From Candidatus Magasanikiibacteriota bacterium (GTDB lineage: Bacteria > Patescibacteriota > Patescibacteriia > Magasanikbacterales > GWA2-37-8): a DNA stretch of 64,000 nt. The stretch spans positions 3,440 to 67,439 of the forward strand of contig JBAYGI010000004.1 in NCBI GenBank assembly GCA_041666745.1, in the 5' to 3' direction. Position 1 is the first letter of the stretch, and the number at the start of each line of letters is the position of its first letter. Both the position numbers and the translations under genes were made by a program. Below the pieces are notes generated by a model. The model did no database searches, was not told the origin of the DNA, and saw nothing but the letters and a program-made list of their open reading frames with translations. Below are positions 1 to 9,125 of the stretch, piece after piece.

Positions 1-11
1 ATAATATTGAA

Positions 12-773
12 GTGGCAAATAATTATAAAAATCTTTCTCCTTTATTAGCACAAGCATATCAAAAGTTTTGGGCCGAATATACAAGTCGTCAGGTAAAAGT
101 TGGTACGGGCTATTCTGATTTGATACCTCCTGGTGGAAAACTTGAGCTGAATACTTTCCAACCCAAAACTCATGTTGTATATTCTGACGCTAGGGGTGGT
201 ATGATATATGACCTTCCGAAGATTAGAGGTGTTGAGTCATTAGATGAAGCGGTTACTTTTGCGAATATTACAGAGCGAGATGCTGGGCTCGTTGCTAAGT
301 TGGAGGCTGTAATTTATCCACAAGGAATGACGCAGGGTAAAGCGCACATGGAAGATATTTTGCGAAAACAACGTGAATTGGAAGTGCCTGGCGCGGCGTC
401 AAGTTTTGTTATTAGATCAGGCAAAGAAGCGGCTGGTTATTTGCTTATATTGCCAGAGGAATCCGAAGTTGACGGTGGACAAGCTGCCCATGTGTATGAC
501 ATGGCCATTCTGCCAAGTTTCCAAGGAAAAGGATTAGCAAGAAAAATGATTGATCATGTCCTTGATATCGCGACAGCATATAATATGCCGATTGAAGCAG
601 AAGCGCGCGCCAGCACATCATACGCCATGTTAATGAATGAACGGGTGCGTCATTTATTTGAAAGCAGGGGATTTGTATTGACACACAATGAAAAAAAAGA
701 GAAATATTTGGGTGGTGAAGATTTTTATTTTGTGCGGTTTGAAAACAAAGGAGCGCCGGCGCAGGAAGAATAA
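12..773 (+). CDS. GNAT-family N-acetyltransferase domain protein (possibly 5'-partial at window edge)
   Basis: 253-aa ORF with GTG start at nt 12 and no upstream stop before the window edge. C-terminal region carries the acetyl-CoA binding motif of the GNAT fold (ILPSFQGKGLARKMIDHV). GC is moderately above neighbouring DNA. Confidence 0.5.
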   Translation: MANNYKNLSPLLAQAYQKFWAEYTSRQVKVGTGYSDLIPPGGKLELNTFQPKTHVVYSDARGGMIYDLPKIRGVESLDEAVTFANITERDAGLVAKLEAVIYPQGMTQGKAHMEDILRKQRELEVPGAASSFVIRSGKEAAGYLLILPEESEVDGGQAAHVYDMAILPSFQGKGLARKMIDHVLDIATAYNMPIEAEARASTSYAMLMNERVRHLFESRGFVLTHNEKKEKYLGGEDFYFVRFENKGAPAQEE

Positions 774-891
774 ACAGTGTGGATAAAAGTTTGCCAAAAT
801 GCTTCGGGGGGGGGTAAAATAGAACTAAAGCGTACACAATCGATATAATTTATCAAAATCCTTTATTAAAAGGACTAATAAATAAAAATAT

Positions 892-1821
892 ATGGTAGGC
901 GACAAACACAATTCTATGGACGAAAGAAATTCACAACCACCTTCGTCTATCAAAGAAGGCGATAAAGAAAGATTAGACACAATAAAGGCGGAAATACTGA
1001 CAAAACAAAATGAAGTTAGGAATTTGCGTGAACAGTTTTTGGATAAAATCGGAGCGCGGTTTTGTGTGGTGGTTAGTCCAGCGAAAAATTTATTAGATTC
1101 TTGGCAAAACAATCCATTAAAGGATGAAGATATTTTCTGTGTTTTAAGTGTATGTCCAGATGAGAGAGATGAAAGAGGGGAATATAATAACGCAGGAAGA
1201 ATATGTTTGAATGCTGAACTTACAGGTTTAATTTATGAGGTGCACGATGGAGACGTCGAAGAAGGATCCAGTGAAAATTTATTAGATTTAGATAATCTTT
1301 TGCCTCCAGGGACAGAAATTAAATATAGTGAATATGGCAATGGAAATTTGTTAAGTATTCATCCTTCTGAAGAGGTGGCTAATAATTATGGACAGAGAAG
1401 GGCTAAAGAAATAAGACAAGAAGCCTCTGAATTAAAAGAACTAATAAATATTAGAGTTGCAAAATCAAAAGAAAATGCTACAAATTTGGCACAGAGAATA
1501 AATCATTTGATACCAAAAGAGGACATTAATAGAGAATCTTTTTTAGAAACTATCATAGATGCTGTTACTGGACATTATGTAGAAGATGAAAATCATCTTA
1601 CTATATTTATAGTTGAGACAGATAAAGTATTAAATGGTTTAAAAGAATATCATGAAGTAGATGATAAATTTATATTAGCCATTTCTTCGTTGTTAAAAGA
1701 ATATAAATTTTTGAGTGATAACAATTTTGATACTCTTATAGAGCAGAAAGATGAGGATTTTGAAAATGTTGTTTTATTACCTGAACTAAAAGAACAATTA
1801 GGGATGAGTAGATATTATTAG
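892..1821 (+). CDS. hypothetical acidic protein
   Basis: 309-aa ORF with AT-rich codon usage matching the host. No recognisable motif. Followed by a hairpin terminator. Confidence 0.4.
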   Translation: MVGDKHNSMDERNSQPPSSIKEGDKERLDTIKAEILTKQNEVRNLREQFLDKIGARFCVVVSPAKNLLDSWQNNPLKDEDIFCVLSVCPDERDERGEYNNAGRICLNAELTGLIYEVHDGDVEEGSSENLLDLDNLLPPGTEIKYSEYGNGNLLSIHPSEEVANNYGQRRAKEIRQEASELKELINIRVAKSKENATNLAQRINHLIPKEDINRESFLETIIDAVTGHYVEDENHLTIFIVETDKVLNGLKEYHEVDDKFILAISSLLKEYKFLSDNNFDTLIEQKDEDFENVVLLPELKEQLGMSRYY

Positions 1822-1851
1822 GTGAGAGAATGAGTATTACAGAGATATTAA

Positions 1852-1890
1852 AAAAACACCTTTGATATTTTCACAGGCGTTTTTTTATTT
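1852..1890. terminator. hairpin plus T-run between convergent genes
   Basis: AAAAACACCT...AGGCGTTTTT inverted repeat (one mismatch) with T-run. Lies between the + gene ending at 1821 and the - gene ending at 1900. Confidence 0.45.
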
Positions 1891-1899
1891 AAATTTATT

Positions 1900-2958
1900 T
1901 TATTCGTTGTTATTGTCCAAATCCTTTTTGTAGTATTCATCATACATCTCCCAAAACGCAATTGCCAGCGAGGCGATGATCGGTCCGATAATGAACCCAG
2001 AAATTCCAAATACGGCTATACCACCAAGTGTGGCGAATAATACCATCAGCGGATGTAGCTCTGAATCTTTGCCCACCAAAATAGGGCGGATGAGATTGTC
2101 GATTGTTCCAATTACCAACGTACCAAACAAAATCATACAAATACCGATGGTGATGTGTCCGGTTATCAACATGATGATCGCGGCCGGTAGCCAGACAAAA
2201 TAACACCCAATCCCTGGGATAGTGGCTAGTAGCACCATCAACAATCCCCAAATCAGAGCGCCCTGTATTCCAGCCAAAGCAAACATGCCCCAACCAAGTC
2301 CACCTTGAACCAAGCCGATGATCACACTTCCTTTGATCGTGGCTCGTACGGTAGAGGTGAATTTTTTGTAGAGTATTGTTTCATAGCGATCTCCCAATGG
2401 CATTAGATGCATTATTGTTTTTAAAAACTTTTCGCCATCGCGAATAAAGAAAAACAAAGCATAAAGCATGATAAAGAACATCACCGCGAAAATCACTGAA
2501 TTTTGAGTGATTGTTTTGGCGCTATCTAGCAAAAAGCTAGTAATAGACTGATACAGCTCAACCACTTTTTGTGTCAAAAATGATTGATCAATATTGAATT
2601 GAGCGGTATATGGATTTTGTTTTACCCATTGGAGTGTTTGCTGGATGCTATTGTTGATGTCGCCACTCTTGTTGGATGCTGTACTATAAAGATTCAGCGC
2701 TTCTTTTATTACCAACGTACTAAGCCCGATCATCGGCAATACTATAATAGTGAAGATCAAAACCAATATTATTGTAGAACTGAGATTTGGTACCTTTATT
2801 TTTCCATTGAGCCATTTGTACAATGGATAAAAAATACCCGCTAGAATTGCCGCCCAAAATATTGGGTAAAAAAATGGCTTCATTATGGCAAAAAAAGCGG
2901 TGGTCACTATTGCCAGTAAAATAAAAAATATAAAATGACGCATTTTGGAAAAATCCAT
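1900..2958 (-). CDS. AI-2E family transporter (PerM/YhhT-like permease)
   Basis: 352 aa with about 8 predicted TM helices. Size and hydrophobicity pattern fit the AI-2E/UPF0118 family. Confidence 0.6.
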   Translation of the reverse strand: MDFSKMRHFIFFILLAIVTTAFFAIMKPFFYPIFWAAILAGIFYPLYKWLNGKIKVPNLSSTIILVLIFTIIVLPMIGLSTLVIKEALNLYSTASNKSGDINNSIQQTLQWVKQNPYTAQFNIDQSFLTQKVVELYQSITSFLLDSAKTITQNSVIFAVMFFIMLYALFFFIRDGEKFLKTIMHLMPLGDRYETILYKKFTSTVRATIKGSVIIGLVQGGLGWGMFALAGIQGALIWGLLMVLLATIPGIGCYFVWLPAAIIMLITGHITIGICMILFGTLVIGTIDNLIRPILVGKDSELHPLMVLFATLGGIAVFGISGFIIGPIIASLAIAFWEMYDEYYKKDLDNNNE

Positions 2959-3010
2959 ATAATTTGATTTATGTTTATGTGTTATATTTTACCAGAAAAA
3001 ACCAATTAGT

Positions 3011-4423
3011 TCAATTTTTGATTCGAACAATTTCTTTGATGGTTTCTTTGGAAATTACTTGAAATAATAAAATAAAGACAATATAGACTGTCCCGCCAAG
3101 CAAAATCGACAGCACAACATTTGGTAATTGGAAGTGTTGGATGAAAAAATACATAATAAATCCGGATAACAAAATTTTGGCCAGCGATTTTATACGAGGT
3201 AAAAAATCGGTGTGGTAAAAAACCAAAAACATCAGCATCGCGCCGGCATAAATTTCTGAAAAAATAGTTACTCCGGCCGCTCCATAGATTCCAAAACGGG
3301 GAATAAAAATAAAATAACCGACAAGACTTAAAATGGCATCGGATAAATAAATCCAGATAGCTTGCTTTTGTTTGTTGATAGCTAGCGCGGTATAGCCAAA
3401 GACGATTCCCATGCATATTCCCAAAATTGTCCAGCTTAGCCAGGTTAAAATTTTCCCCGATCCGACAAATTCCTGTCCGCCAACCAGTTGCATAATCGGC
3501 TCGGCCAAAGTATAAGCGCCAATCATCATCGGAATTAGTAGTAGAGCCATGAGATCAAAAGACATTTGAAGATGTTTTTTGAATTCAACGTGTTGGGCGC
3601 GAGAATAAAAATACGCTAACAGCGGTGACATAATACCCATAGTGAGCGCGGCTGTTTGTACGATCACATCCAACACCCGATAAGCGGCGCCATAAAAACC
3701 AACCTGAATTTGCGAGCTATAAAGAGGTAAAATCACGCGATCTCCTTGTAAATAAAAAGAATTGAAGATGATACACAGGGCGGTCGGATATATTTTTTGA
3801 AAAATTGCTTGAAAAATTTCACGATCAAAAGTGAACTTAATTTTTGGCATTTTATAAAACAAATATATCGCGTTTACCACCGAGGCGCTGGTCAAGATAA
3901 TCATGAACGGTAAAAAGGCGGCGTTGTGTCTTATTAACAAAATTACTCCGAACAATAAAACGATTCGGCCGATCAATTCGCCGGCGGTAATAATTTGAGT
4001 TTTGAGTTGTTGTTGAAAATATCCGGAAAATACTTGGTTGATGCTAATGGCAAAAAAGGAAATAGAAGTAATCGCCACCGCGATTTTTACTTCAACTGGA
4101 TAGGGGAAGAATAAAAATAACAGAGGGGCTAATCCTTGGAATAAGACGGCGGAAAAAAATCTCAAGGTAAATAAATTGTTTAATAATTTTTCTTTATCAA
4201 ATTTTGGTTCGGCCAGCATATTGGCGGTCGTGATAGCAAAACCAAAATCACTGAAAATGCCGACAAATTGCAAAAAGCCAATCGCGGTAGTGTACCAACC
4301 GAATTTTTCGGCTCCCAAACTGCGGATAATCAAAAAAATTGTCAGCAACCCCAAAATAGTACTGACCACTTTGCCGATTAACTGCACGATAGTATTGTGG
4401 GCGATTTGTCTTTTGATAGTCAT
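3011..4423 (-). CDS. MOP-superfamily polysaccharide/lipid-linked oligosaccharide flippase (Wzx/MurJ-like)
   Basis: 470-aa polytopic membrane protein with 12-14 TM segments, typical of Wzx/MurJ flippases. Confidence 0.55.
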   Translation of the reverse strand: MTIKRQIAHNTIVQLIGKVVSTILGLLTIFLIIRSLGAEKFGWYTTAIGFLQFVGIFSDFGFAITTANMLAEPKFDKEKLLNNLFTLRFFSAVLFQGLAPLLFLFFPYPVEVKIAVAITSISFFAISINQVFSGYFQQQLKTQIITAGELIGRIVLLFGVILLIRHNAAFLPFMIILTSASVVNAIYLFYKMPKIKFTFDREIFQAIFQKIYPTALCIIFNSFYLQGDRVILPLYSSQIQVGFYGAAYRVLDVIVQTAALTMGIMSPLLAYFYSRAQHVEFKKHLQMSFDLMALLLIPMMIGAYTLAEPIMQLVGGQEFVGSGKILTWLSWTILGICMGIVFGYTALAINKQKQAIWIYLSDAILSLVGYFIFIPRFGIYGAAGVTIFSEIYAGAMLMFLVFYHTDFLPRIKSLAKILLSGFIMYFFIQHFQLPNVVLSILLGGTVYIVFILLFQVISKETIKEIVRIKN

Positions 4424-4487
4424 AAAATTTCGTATTTAGTATAGCACGCGTTGCCCCTGTTTACAATTGATGATATAATAAATTTCT

Positions 4488-5450
4488 ATGAAAAAATATC
4501 TTTTAGTTTTGTTTTTTAGCTTGATTTTAGCTTTGCCGGTACGGGCGGAAGAAATTTTGGCTACCAGTAGCCTTGAACGGGAACTGGTCGAAATGCCGTC
4601 AATTCGGGTGGGTTTGTTGAAAACCAAAGATCCGATAAAGTTTAAGTCGGAGATTGATTATGAAATATATAGTGGCGATGAGGTGGTTGGGCTATTGTCG
4701 GCAGGCGAGGAGGCGAAAATTAGTTATAAAAATGGTAAATATTTTTTGACTAGCGATAGTTTTGATTTGGAAAGTGAAACTTTTTGGCGTTTGAAACCGA
4801 CTGAAGACAGCAGTGTGTTTGAATTACCCGGATGTAAACGAACGATTACCGGTCGTAAACTGGATTTTTGCGCTTATCGCGGGGTATTGGAATATCGTTA
4901 TGGGAAAACTAGCAAGATGCCGTATTTAATAAACGAACTACCGCTCGAGGATTATATGAAGGGTATCGCTGAGACGGACAACAATTCGGCCGAAGGATAT
5001 ATCAAAGCGGTGTTGGTAGCGGCGCGCAGTTATGCTTATAAAAACATAAGTTTTAGTCCGCCAACTGAAAAAAGACTGTTTGATGTCTTTGCTTCTACTG
5101 TTGATCAACTTTATTTGGGCTATAATTCCGAAAAGCAAATGCCTAGGGTAGCGCAATTTGCCCAAGAAACAGCCGGGGAAATGGTGACATACAATGGTAA
5201 TGTAGTGACAACACCATATTTCAGTCGAAGTAATGGCAAAACCAAAACCTGGAAAAACAGTCAAGGAAAAAATGATCGACCGTGGTTGGTGAGTGTGGAG
5301 TGTCAATATGATAAAAAGAAAAAACAGTTGGGGCACGGTATTGGTATGAGCACACATGACGCGCTAATGCGGGCGACAAAAGATGGCTGGGATTATATAC
5401 AACTGCTAAAACTTTATTATTCGGATACGGAAGTGGAAAAGGTATATTAA
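4488..5450 (+). CDS. SpoIID/LytB-domain protein (cell-wall amidase enhancer family)
   Basis: Signal peptide MKKYLLVLFFSLILALPVRA. Family motifs NELPLEDYMKGIAE...AVLVAARSYA and TPYFSRSNGKT match SpoIID/LytB. Confidence 0.7.
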   Translation: MKKYLLVLFFSLILALPVRAEEILATSSLERELVEMPSIRVGLLKTKDPIKFKSEIDYEIYSGDEVVGLLSAGEEAKISYKNGKYFLTSDSFDLESETFWRLKPTEDSSVFELPGCKRTITGRKLDFCAYRGVLEYRYGKTSKMPYLINELPLEDYMKGIAETDNNSAEGYIKAVLVAARSYAYKNISFSPPTEKRLFDVFASTVDQLYLGYNSEKQMPRVAQFAQETAGEMVTYNGNVVTTPYFSRSNGKTKTWKNSQGKNDRPWLVSVECQYDKKKKQLGHGIGMSTHDALMRATKDGWDYIQLLKLYYSDTEVEKVY

Positions 5451-5667
5451 AATTAAAAAAAATATGGAAAGCTATATTTCGTTGGTAAATAAGGGTGCTA
5501 GACTTACCTTGGTGTGTCGTTCCATGCAAATATTTACTATTACTGAGCCGGAAGTAGATCAGGATGATTCAAACTGGGAGACGGTAGTAGATTTTACCAA
5601 AATTAAACATGGTGGTGTAAATATAAAAGATGTCTTGAAACGAAATTAGTTGTATTGTAGAATAAAA

Positions 5668-6408
5668 TTATAACAGTTCCCATATTATGTTAAAAGTATT
5701 CATCATCAAAGAACTCACTAGTTCATTTTTAATAAGAGTGCCACCGAATGGTTTTTGAAAAGTTATAAAAGCAATTTGAGATTTTGTAATAATCACTCCA
5801 GCATCAAATTTTATATTAGTAGGTAGGAATTTAATTTTATTATTGAAATTTTTTTCAAATTTTTTAAAATGGTCGGCAGTTTTTGAAGGAACTGTTATAA
5901 TTTTTAAATCTAAATTTAGTCGTGCTCTTTTTTGAGCTACCTGTTCAGCAAAATTTTTATCCATGTCAATAAATTTTTGCGAATCAGAAATAATGTAATG
6001 CGGATCTTTGAGATGTGTGTCAGTTAGTAAGTTATTATAAATCGCTTTTATACCAACAAGACCTTGATAATAGGTTATATTATTTGATGTATCTGTATGT
6101 TTAGTGACATCCAGTAATTCTGGCAGTTGTTTGTCAAAAAAATTTAATAGGGTTTCTGTCGTTGAGCGTAAATACTCAGGACTTTGAGCTTTAAATACAT
6201 TTTTAAAACCGCATGTTTCTTGAAACACCAACCCCTTCTTCTGCAATTCACGAAGCACAGGATATACAGTGGTGCGTTTTATACCGGAGAAATCACTAAT
6301 TTTGGATATCTTACTCGCATCTGATGATAATAAAGCAAAATAAACTAAGGCCTCTTTTTCGTTTAAGCCCATTTTTTGGAACAGATCAATGATTTGTTTT
6401 TTGTCCAT
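5668..6408 (-). CDS. TrmB-family transcriptional regulator
   Basis: N-terminal winged-HTH of TrmB type (GLNEKEALVYFALLSSDASKISKISDFSGIKRTTVYPVLRELQKKGLV). 246 aa. Confidence 0.65.
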   Translation of the reverse strand: MDKKQIIDLFQKMGLNEKEALVYFALLSSDASKISKISDFSGIKRTTVYPVLRELQKKGLVFQETCGFKNVFKAQSPEYLRSTTETLLNFFDKQLPELLDVTKHTDTSNNITYYQGLVGIKAIYNNLLTDTHLKDPHYIISDSQKFIDMDKNFAEQVAQKRARLNLDLKIITVPSKTADHFKKFEKNFNNKIKFLPTNIKFDAGVIITKSQIAFITFQKPFGGTLIKNELVSSLMMNTFNIIWELL

Positions 6409-6423
6409 AGTGATTGTGACATT

Positions 6424-6438
6424 ATTGTTGACAACAAT
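6424..6438. promoter_or_regulatory. perfect 15-bp palindrome ATTGTTGACAACAAT immediately upstream of the trmB-like start (candidate operator)
   Basis: Read directly from the sequence, 16 nt upstream of the start codon at 6408 (minus strand). A related half-site ATTGTTGTTCAC lies at about 6504. Confidence 0.3.
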
Positions 6439-6566
6439 TTATAGTGTAATGTTAGCCGTAATAACAATATTATCATACCACTTGTTAACATATTTGTCAA
6501 ATATTGTTGTTCACGATATTATGTGTGTACTGCACAATCATGTGTAGATCAATCAGGGAGGGTGTC

Positions 6567-7154
6567 ATGTTGGCACTCATTCGACACAGCGCCTATTATG
6601 TTGGCGCACAGCAGGCCCAAGTTGGGTGTTCGGACGAAGCATACGCATCGGCACGATATGCGTACGACATGTTCACCCAGCCACTGACCGTAAACGGCGT
6701 CAAGCTGGCCATTCAGTGGGGAGTCGGAAGGACGTATTCCGCCGTGTATGCCTCGCCGGCAATTCGCGCAATTCAGACGGCTGCGGCGGCCGTGGGCGTG
6801 GAGGAAACGAGCGTAATCGTAGATCCGCACTTGTTCTACACTCCGGGTTGTGGTGCGCGTGAGAAGGCGATGAAAGCCCTCTTCATGCGTCAGGGGTACA
6901 ACCCCCCGAGCGCATGGTACTTGGATCAAAATCAGGATGACGTACGGGAGTTCATGGCGGCAGTGGACGATCTCACCATGCTCGTCATCCAGTTGTCTGT
7001 GCGCGACGAGCAGATCCTAGCTGTCTCACATTCTGTCTTTTTGGGGGCTGTTTGTGCGAAACTGACGAACGCCCCAAAAGACTGTCTCAACAAGACGTTC
7101 GGTGTTTGTGAGGGGTTCCTTGCAGATAACGGCGTCTTCAAGGGCTATGTCTAG
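6567..7154 (+). CDS. histidine phosphatase (PGAM-like) family protein encoded in a high-GC island
   Basis: ATG at 6567 preceded by GGGAGGG SD. N-terminal LIRHSAYY (RH catalytic motif) and C-terminal AVSHSVF (SH motif), spaced as in the histidine phosphatase superfamily. About 55-60% GC versus the AT-rich host. The motifs are degenerate, so this is a tentative call. Confidence 0.4.
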   Translation: MLALIRHSAYYVGAQQAQVGCSDEAYASARYAYDMFTQPLTVNGVKLAIQWGVGRTYSAVYASPAIRAIQTAAAAVGVEETSVIVDPHLFYTPGCGAREKAMKALFMRQGYNPPSAWYLDQNQDDVREFMAAVDDLTMLVIQLSVRDEQILAVSHSVFLGAVCAKLTNAPKDCLNKTFGVCEGFLADNGVFKGYV

Positions 7155-7163
7155 GAGGTAAAT

Positions 7164-7199
7164 GGGGGGGGGTGATCAACCATGTGATTACCCCCCCCC
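7164..7199. repeat. G9-N18-C9 homopolymer-flanked hairpin
   Basis: GGGGGGGGG TGATCAACCATGTGATTA CCCCCCCCC read directly, at the right edge of the high-GC island. A second G9 run is at 806-814. Confidence 0.9.
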
Positions 7200-7224
7200 A
7201 GCCTATTCCTTTATTAAAATATTT

Positions 7225-8259
7225 ATGTTGCGAGAAATTAAAAATAAAAAAATTTTAAAAATAAATTGGGAACATATATTTACAAGAAACGCGCCACTTT
7301 TAATGGTTGATTTTCATCGACAGGCGTTTTTTTATGCTACACATAAATGGTTGTCAGACGCAGTGCTGTTTATAAAATATGAGTCAGACAAACAGGGCAA
7401 TATGAGACTGCATTATGAGGCCGGTTGGCGAAAAAGAATTAAACAACAAATAATTAAAACAAATAATTTAGAAAGAGAAAGAATTATAAATGATATTTTT
7501 AGTTGTTTGGACAAAGCAAGACTCAATTTAATTGACACAATACAGACAAATCAAAAATCGGCAAAAGTAGGAATTTTTATTAAGAAATGCACTGATCAAA
7601 TAATTGAATATAATGCGGCCTATTTAATTATTTTTATTTATTTTAATATACTATACGAGGTTGACAAAAAATTATTTTTGAAATACAAAAAATCCATTGA
7701 AACAGCAAGAAATGCACGAGCGTTATTTAAAGATGTCGAAGCATTTTTTGTTTCTTTTTTTAAAGATAATAATTATAGCAATCCAGACGTTGTACTTTGG
7801 TTGCTGTGCGACGAAGTTATGCGACTGCTGACCGGAAGTATTAAATTGGATATTGATATGCTTACAAAAAGACGAAGCAAATATTGTATGATTTGTTCTA
7901 AACACAAGATTCACCACTTTGAATATGGAAAAAACTTAGAACTTATAGGAGAGGCGACGTATAAAAATGGCGTAGTATACGGTTTTGTGAAGAAAATATT
8001 ATCTTTGGAAGACTTGAATAAAATTAATCACCCAGACGATATAGTGGTGTCTTATATGACTAGCACGTGGCATTTTCCAGTATTAAATAAAGCTAAAGCA
8101 ATATTAACCGAAGAAGGCGGAATTTTAAGTCATGCAGCAATTATTAGTAGAGAGCTAAAAATACCTTGCCTAATTAATGTTAAAGAAATTATTAAACACA
8201 CCGAAGATGGTGACTATGTTAAGATTGATACAGAAAATGAGACCGTTGAAATTTTTTAA
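7225..8259 (+). CDS. PEP-utilising enzyme mobile (swivel phosphohistidine) domain protein
   Basis: C-terminal ILTEEGGILSHAAIISRELKIPCLINV matches the PEP-utilisers mobile domain of PpsA/PPDK/rifampin phosphotransferase. N-terminal ~270 aa are unrecognised. The ATG at 7225 is preferred over the ATG at 7162, which lies inside the poly-G hairpin. Confidence 0.55.
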   Translation: MLREIKNKKILKINWEHIFTRNAPLLMVDFHRQAFFYATHKWLSDAVLFIKYESDKQGNMRLHYEAGWRKRIKQQIIKTNNLERERIINDIFSCLDKARLNLIDTIQTNQKSAKVGIFIKKCTDQIIEYNAAYLIIFIYFNILYEVDKKLFLKYKKSIETARNARALFKDVEAFFVSFFKDNNYSNPDVVLWLLCDEVMRLLTGSIKLDIDMLTKRRSKYCMICSKHKIHHFEYGKNLELIGEATYKNGVVYGFVKKILSLEDLNKINHPDDIVVSYMTSTWHFPVLNKAKAILTEEGGILSHAAIISRELKIPCLINVKEIIKHTEDGDYVKIDTENETVEIF

Positions 8260-8276
8260 AGCCCGACTTTTTATAA

Positions 8277-8816
8277 TTATTTCCCGCTATGAAATTTTTT
8301 GTCTTCCGAAGATAGTTCGATAATTACTTCGCGTATTTTATCCGGACGGTGGACGTTGTGGATGATAAATTTTGGAATTGGACCGGCGGTTTGAAGATAA
8401 ACATCGCCGTAATTAAAAATGGTTGGAAAGAAGCCGTGCACTTCCGAAGAAACATCTTGAATCTGATAGAGATCTACCTCAGCCACAGTGCGGGCAAACA
8501 ATGAAATTTGACGAATGTCCACCAAGCGATCGTTGGTAATAATCCAAGCGTCCAAATAAAATTCTACAAAAAAAGAATAGAAAAATAAAAATGTTGATAA
8601 ATAATAAGCACTGGCAAAAAGTATTATGAGCGGAAAGGTAACCGGGTTTTGCATGGTATTTACAAAGGCGGTAGAAAATAGCCAATACACAACTATCGGT
8701 ATTAACAGTATGATTATAAAAATCATCAGGTATGGAAAAAAGGTGATCCCATGTCGTCTTAATGTATATATTATTTTTTCGTAACTTTTAATTTTTACTA
8801 CAGAATCTAAGCTCAT
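8277..8816 (-). CDS. membrane protein with bacterial PH (bPH_2/YdbT-like) domain
   Basis: Two N-terminal TM helices followed by a ~100-aa soluble domain, the architecture of bPH_2 proteins. Confidence 0.4.
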   Translation of the reverse strand: MSLDSVVKIKSYEKIIYTLRRHGITFFPYLMIFIIILLIPIVVYWLFSTAFVNTMQNPVTFPLIILFASAYYLSTFLFFYSFFVEFYLDAWIITNDRLVDIRQISLFARTVAEVDLYQIQDVSSEVHGFFPTIFNYGDVYLQTAGPIPKFIIHNVHRPDKIREVIIELSSEDKKFHSGK

Positions 8817-8819
8817 ATT

Positions 8820-9125
8820 CTAAAAATTAGAAGGATTTAAAATGTTGGAAATCCAATTGTTATTCCAAAGAGTCAGTGGTTGTGTCCAGTCGGTTCCGCT
8901 TAGGAAAACAAAGGTAAAATACAAAGTGGTGATGGCCAGAACAATCACGAGGAAGGTAATCAAAAAACTTATCACAGTTAATGCGCCGTTGCGAAATAAA
9001 TGTGAAAGGTTTACGTAAGAAAAAAGAAATATTACCGCCAAATAAGCCAGATAAATAAAGAGAATAATATACAGTGGAATTGTTACCATAAAATTATAAT
9101 AATGTTTGATTTTTAATTTGTTCAA
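8820..9125 (-). CDS. small integral membrane protein (3 TM)
   Basis: 101-aa hydrophobic ORF. The true start may be the internal Met (MVTIPLY), which would remove the overlap with ruvB. Confidence 0.3.
   Translation of the reverse strand: MNKLKIKHYYNFMVTIPLYIILFIYLAYLAVIFLFSYVNLSHLFRNGALTVISFLITFLVIVLAITTLYFTFVFLSGTDWTQPLTLWNNNWISNILNPSNF

Noticed and set aside
5464-5649. 61-aa ORF between convergent SpoIID-like and TrmB-like genes
   Set aside because: No SD, no motif, and it sits in a convergent terminator region. Kept out of the feature list as unsupported.
7162-7224. ATG at 7162 with perfect AGGAGG SD as start of the PEP-utilising-domain gene
   Set aside because: It would translate the G9/C9 homopolymer hairpin as Gly3...Pro3. 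The homopolymers are more likely structural or artefactual, and the internal ATG at 7225 gives a normal N-terminus. Kept as an alternative only.
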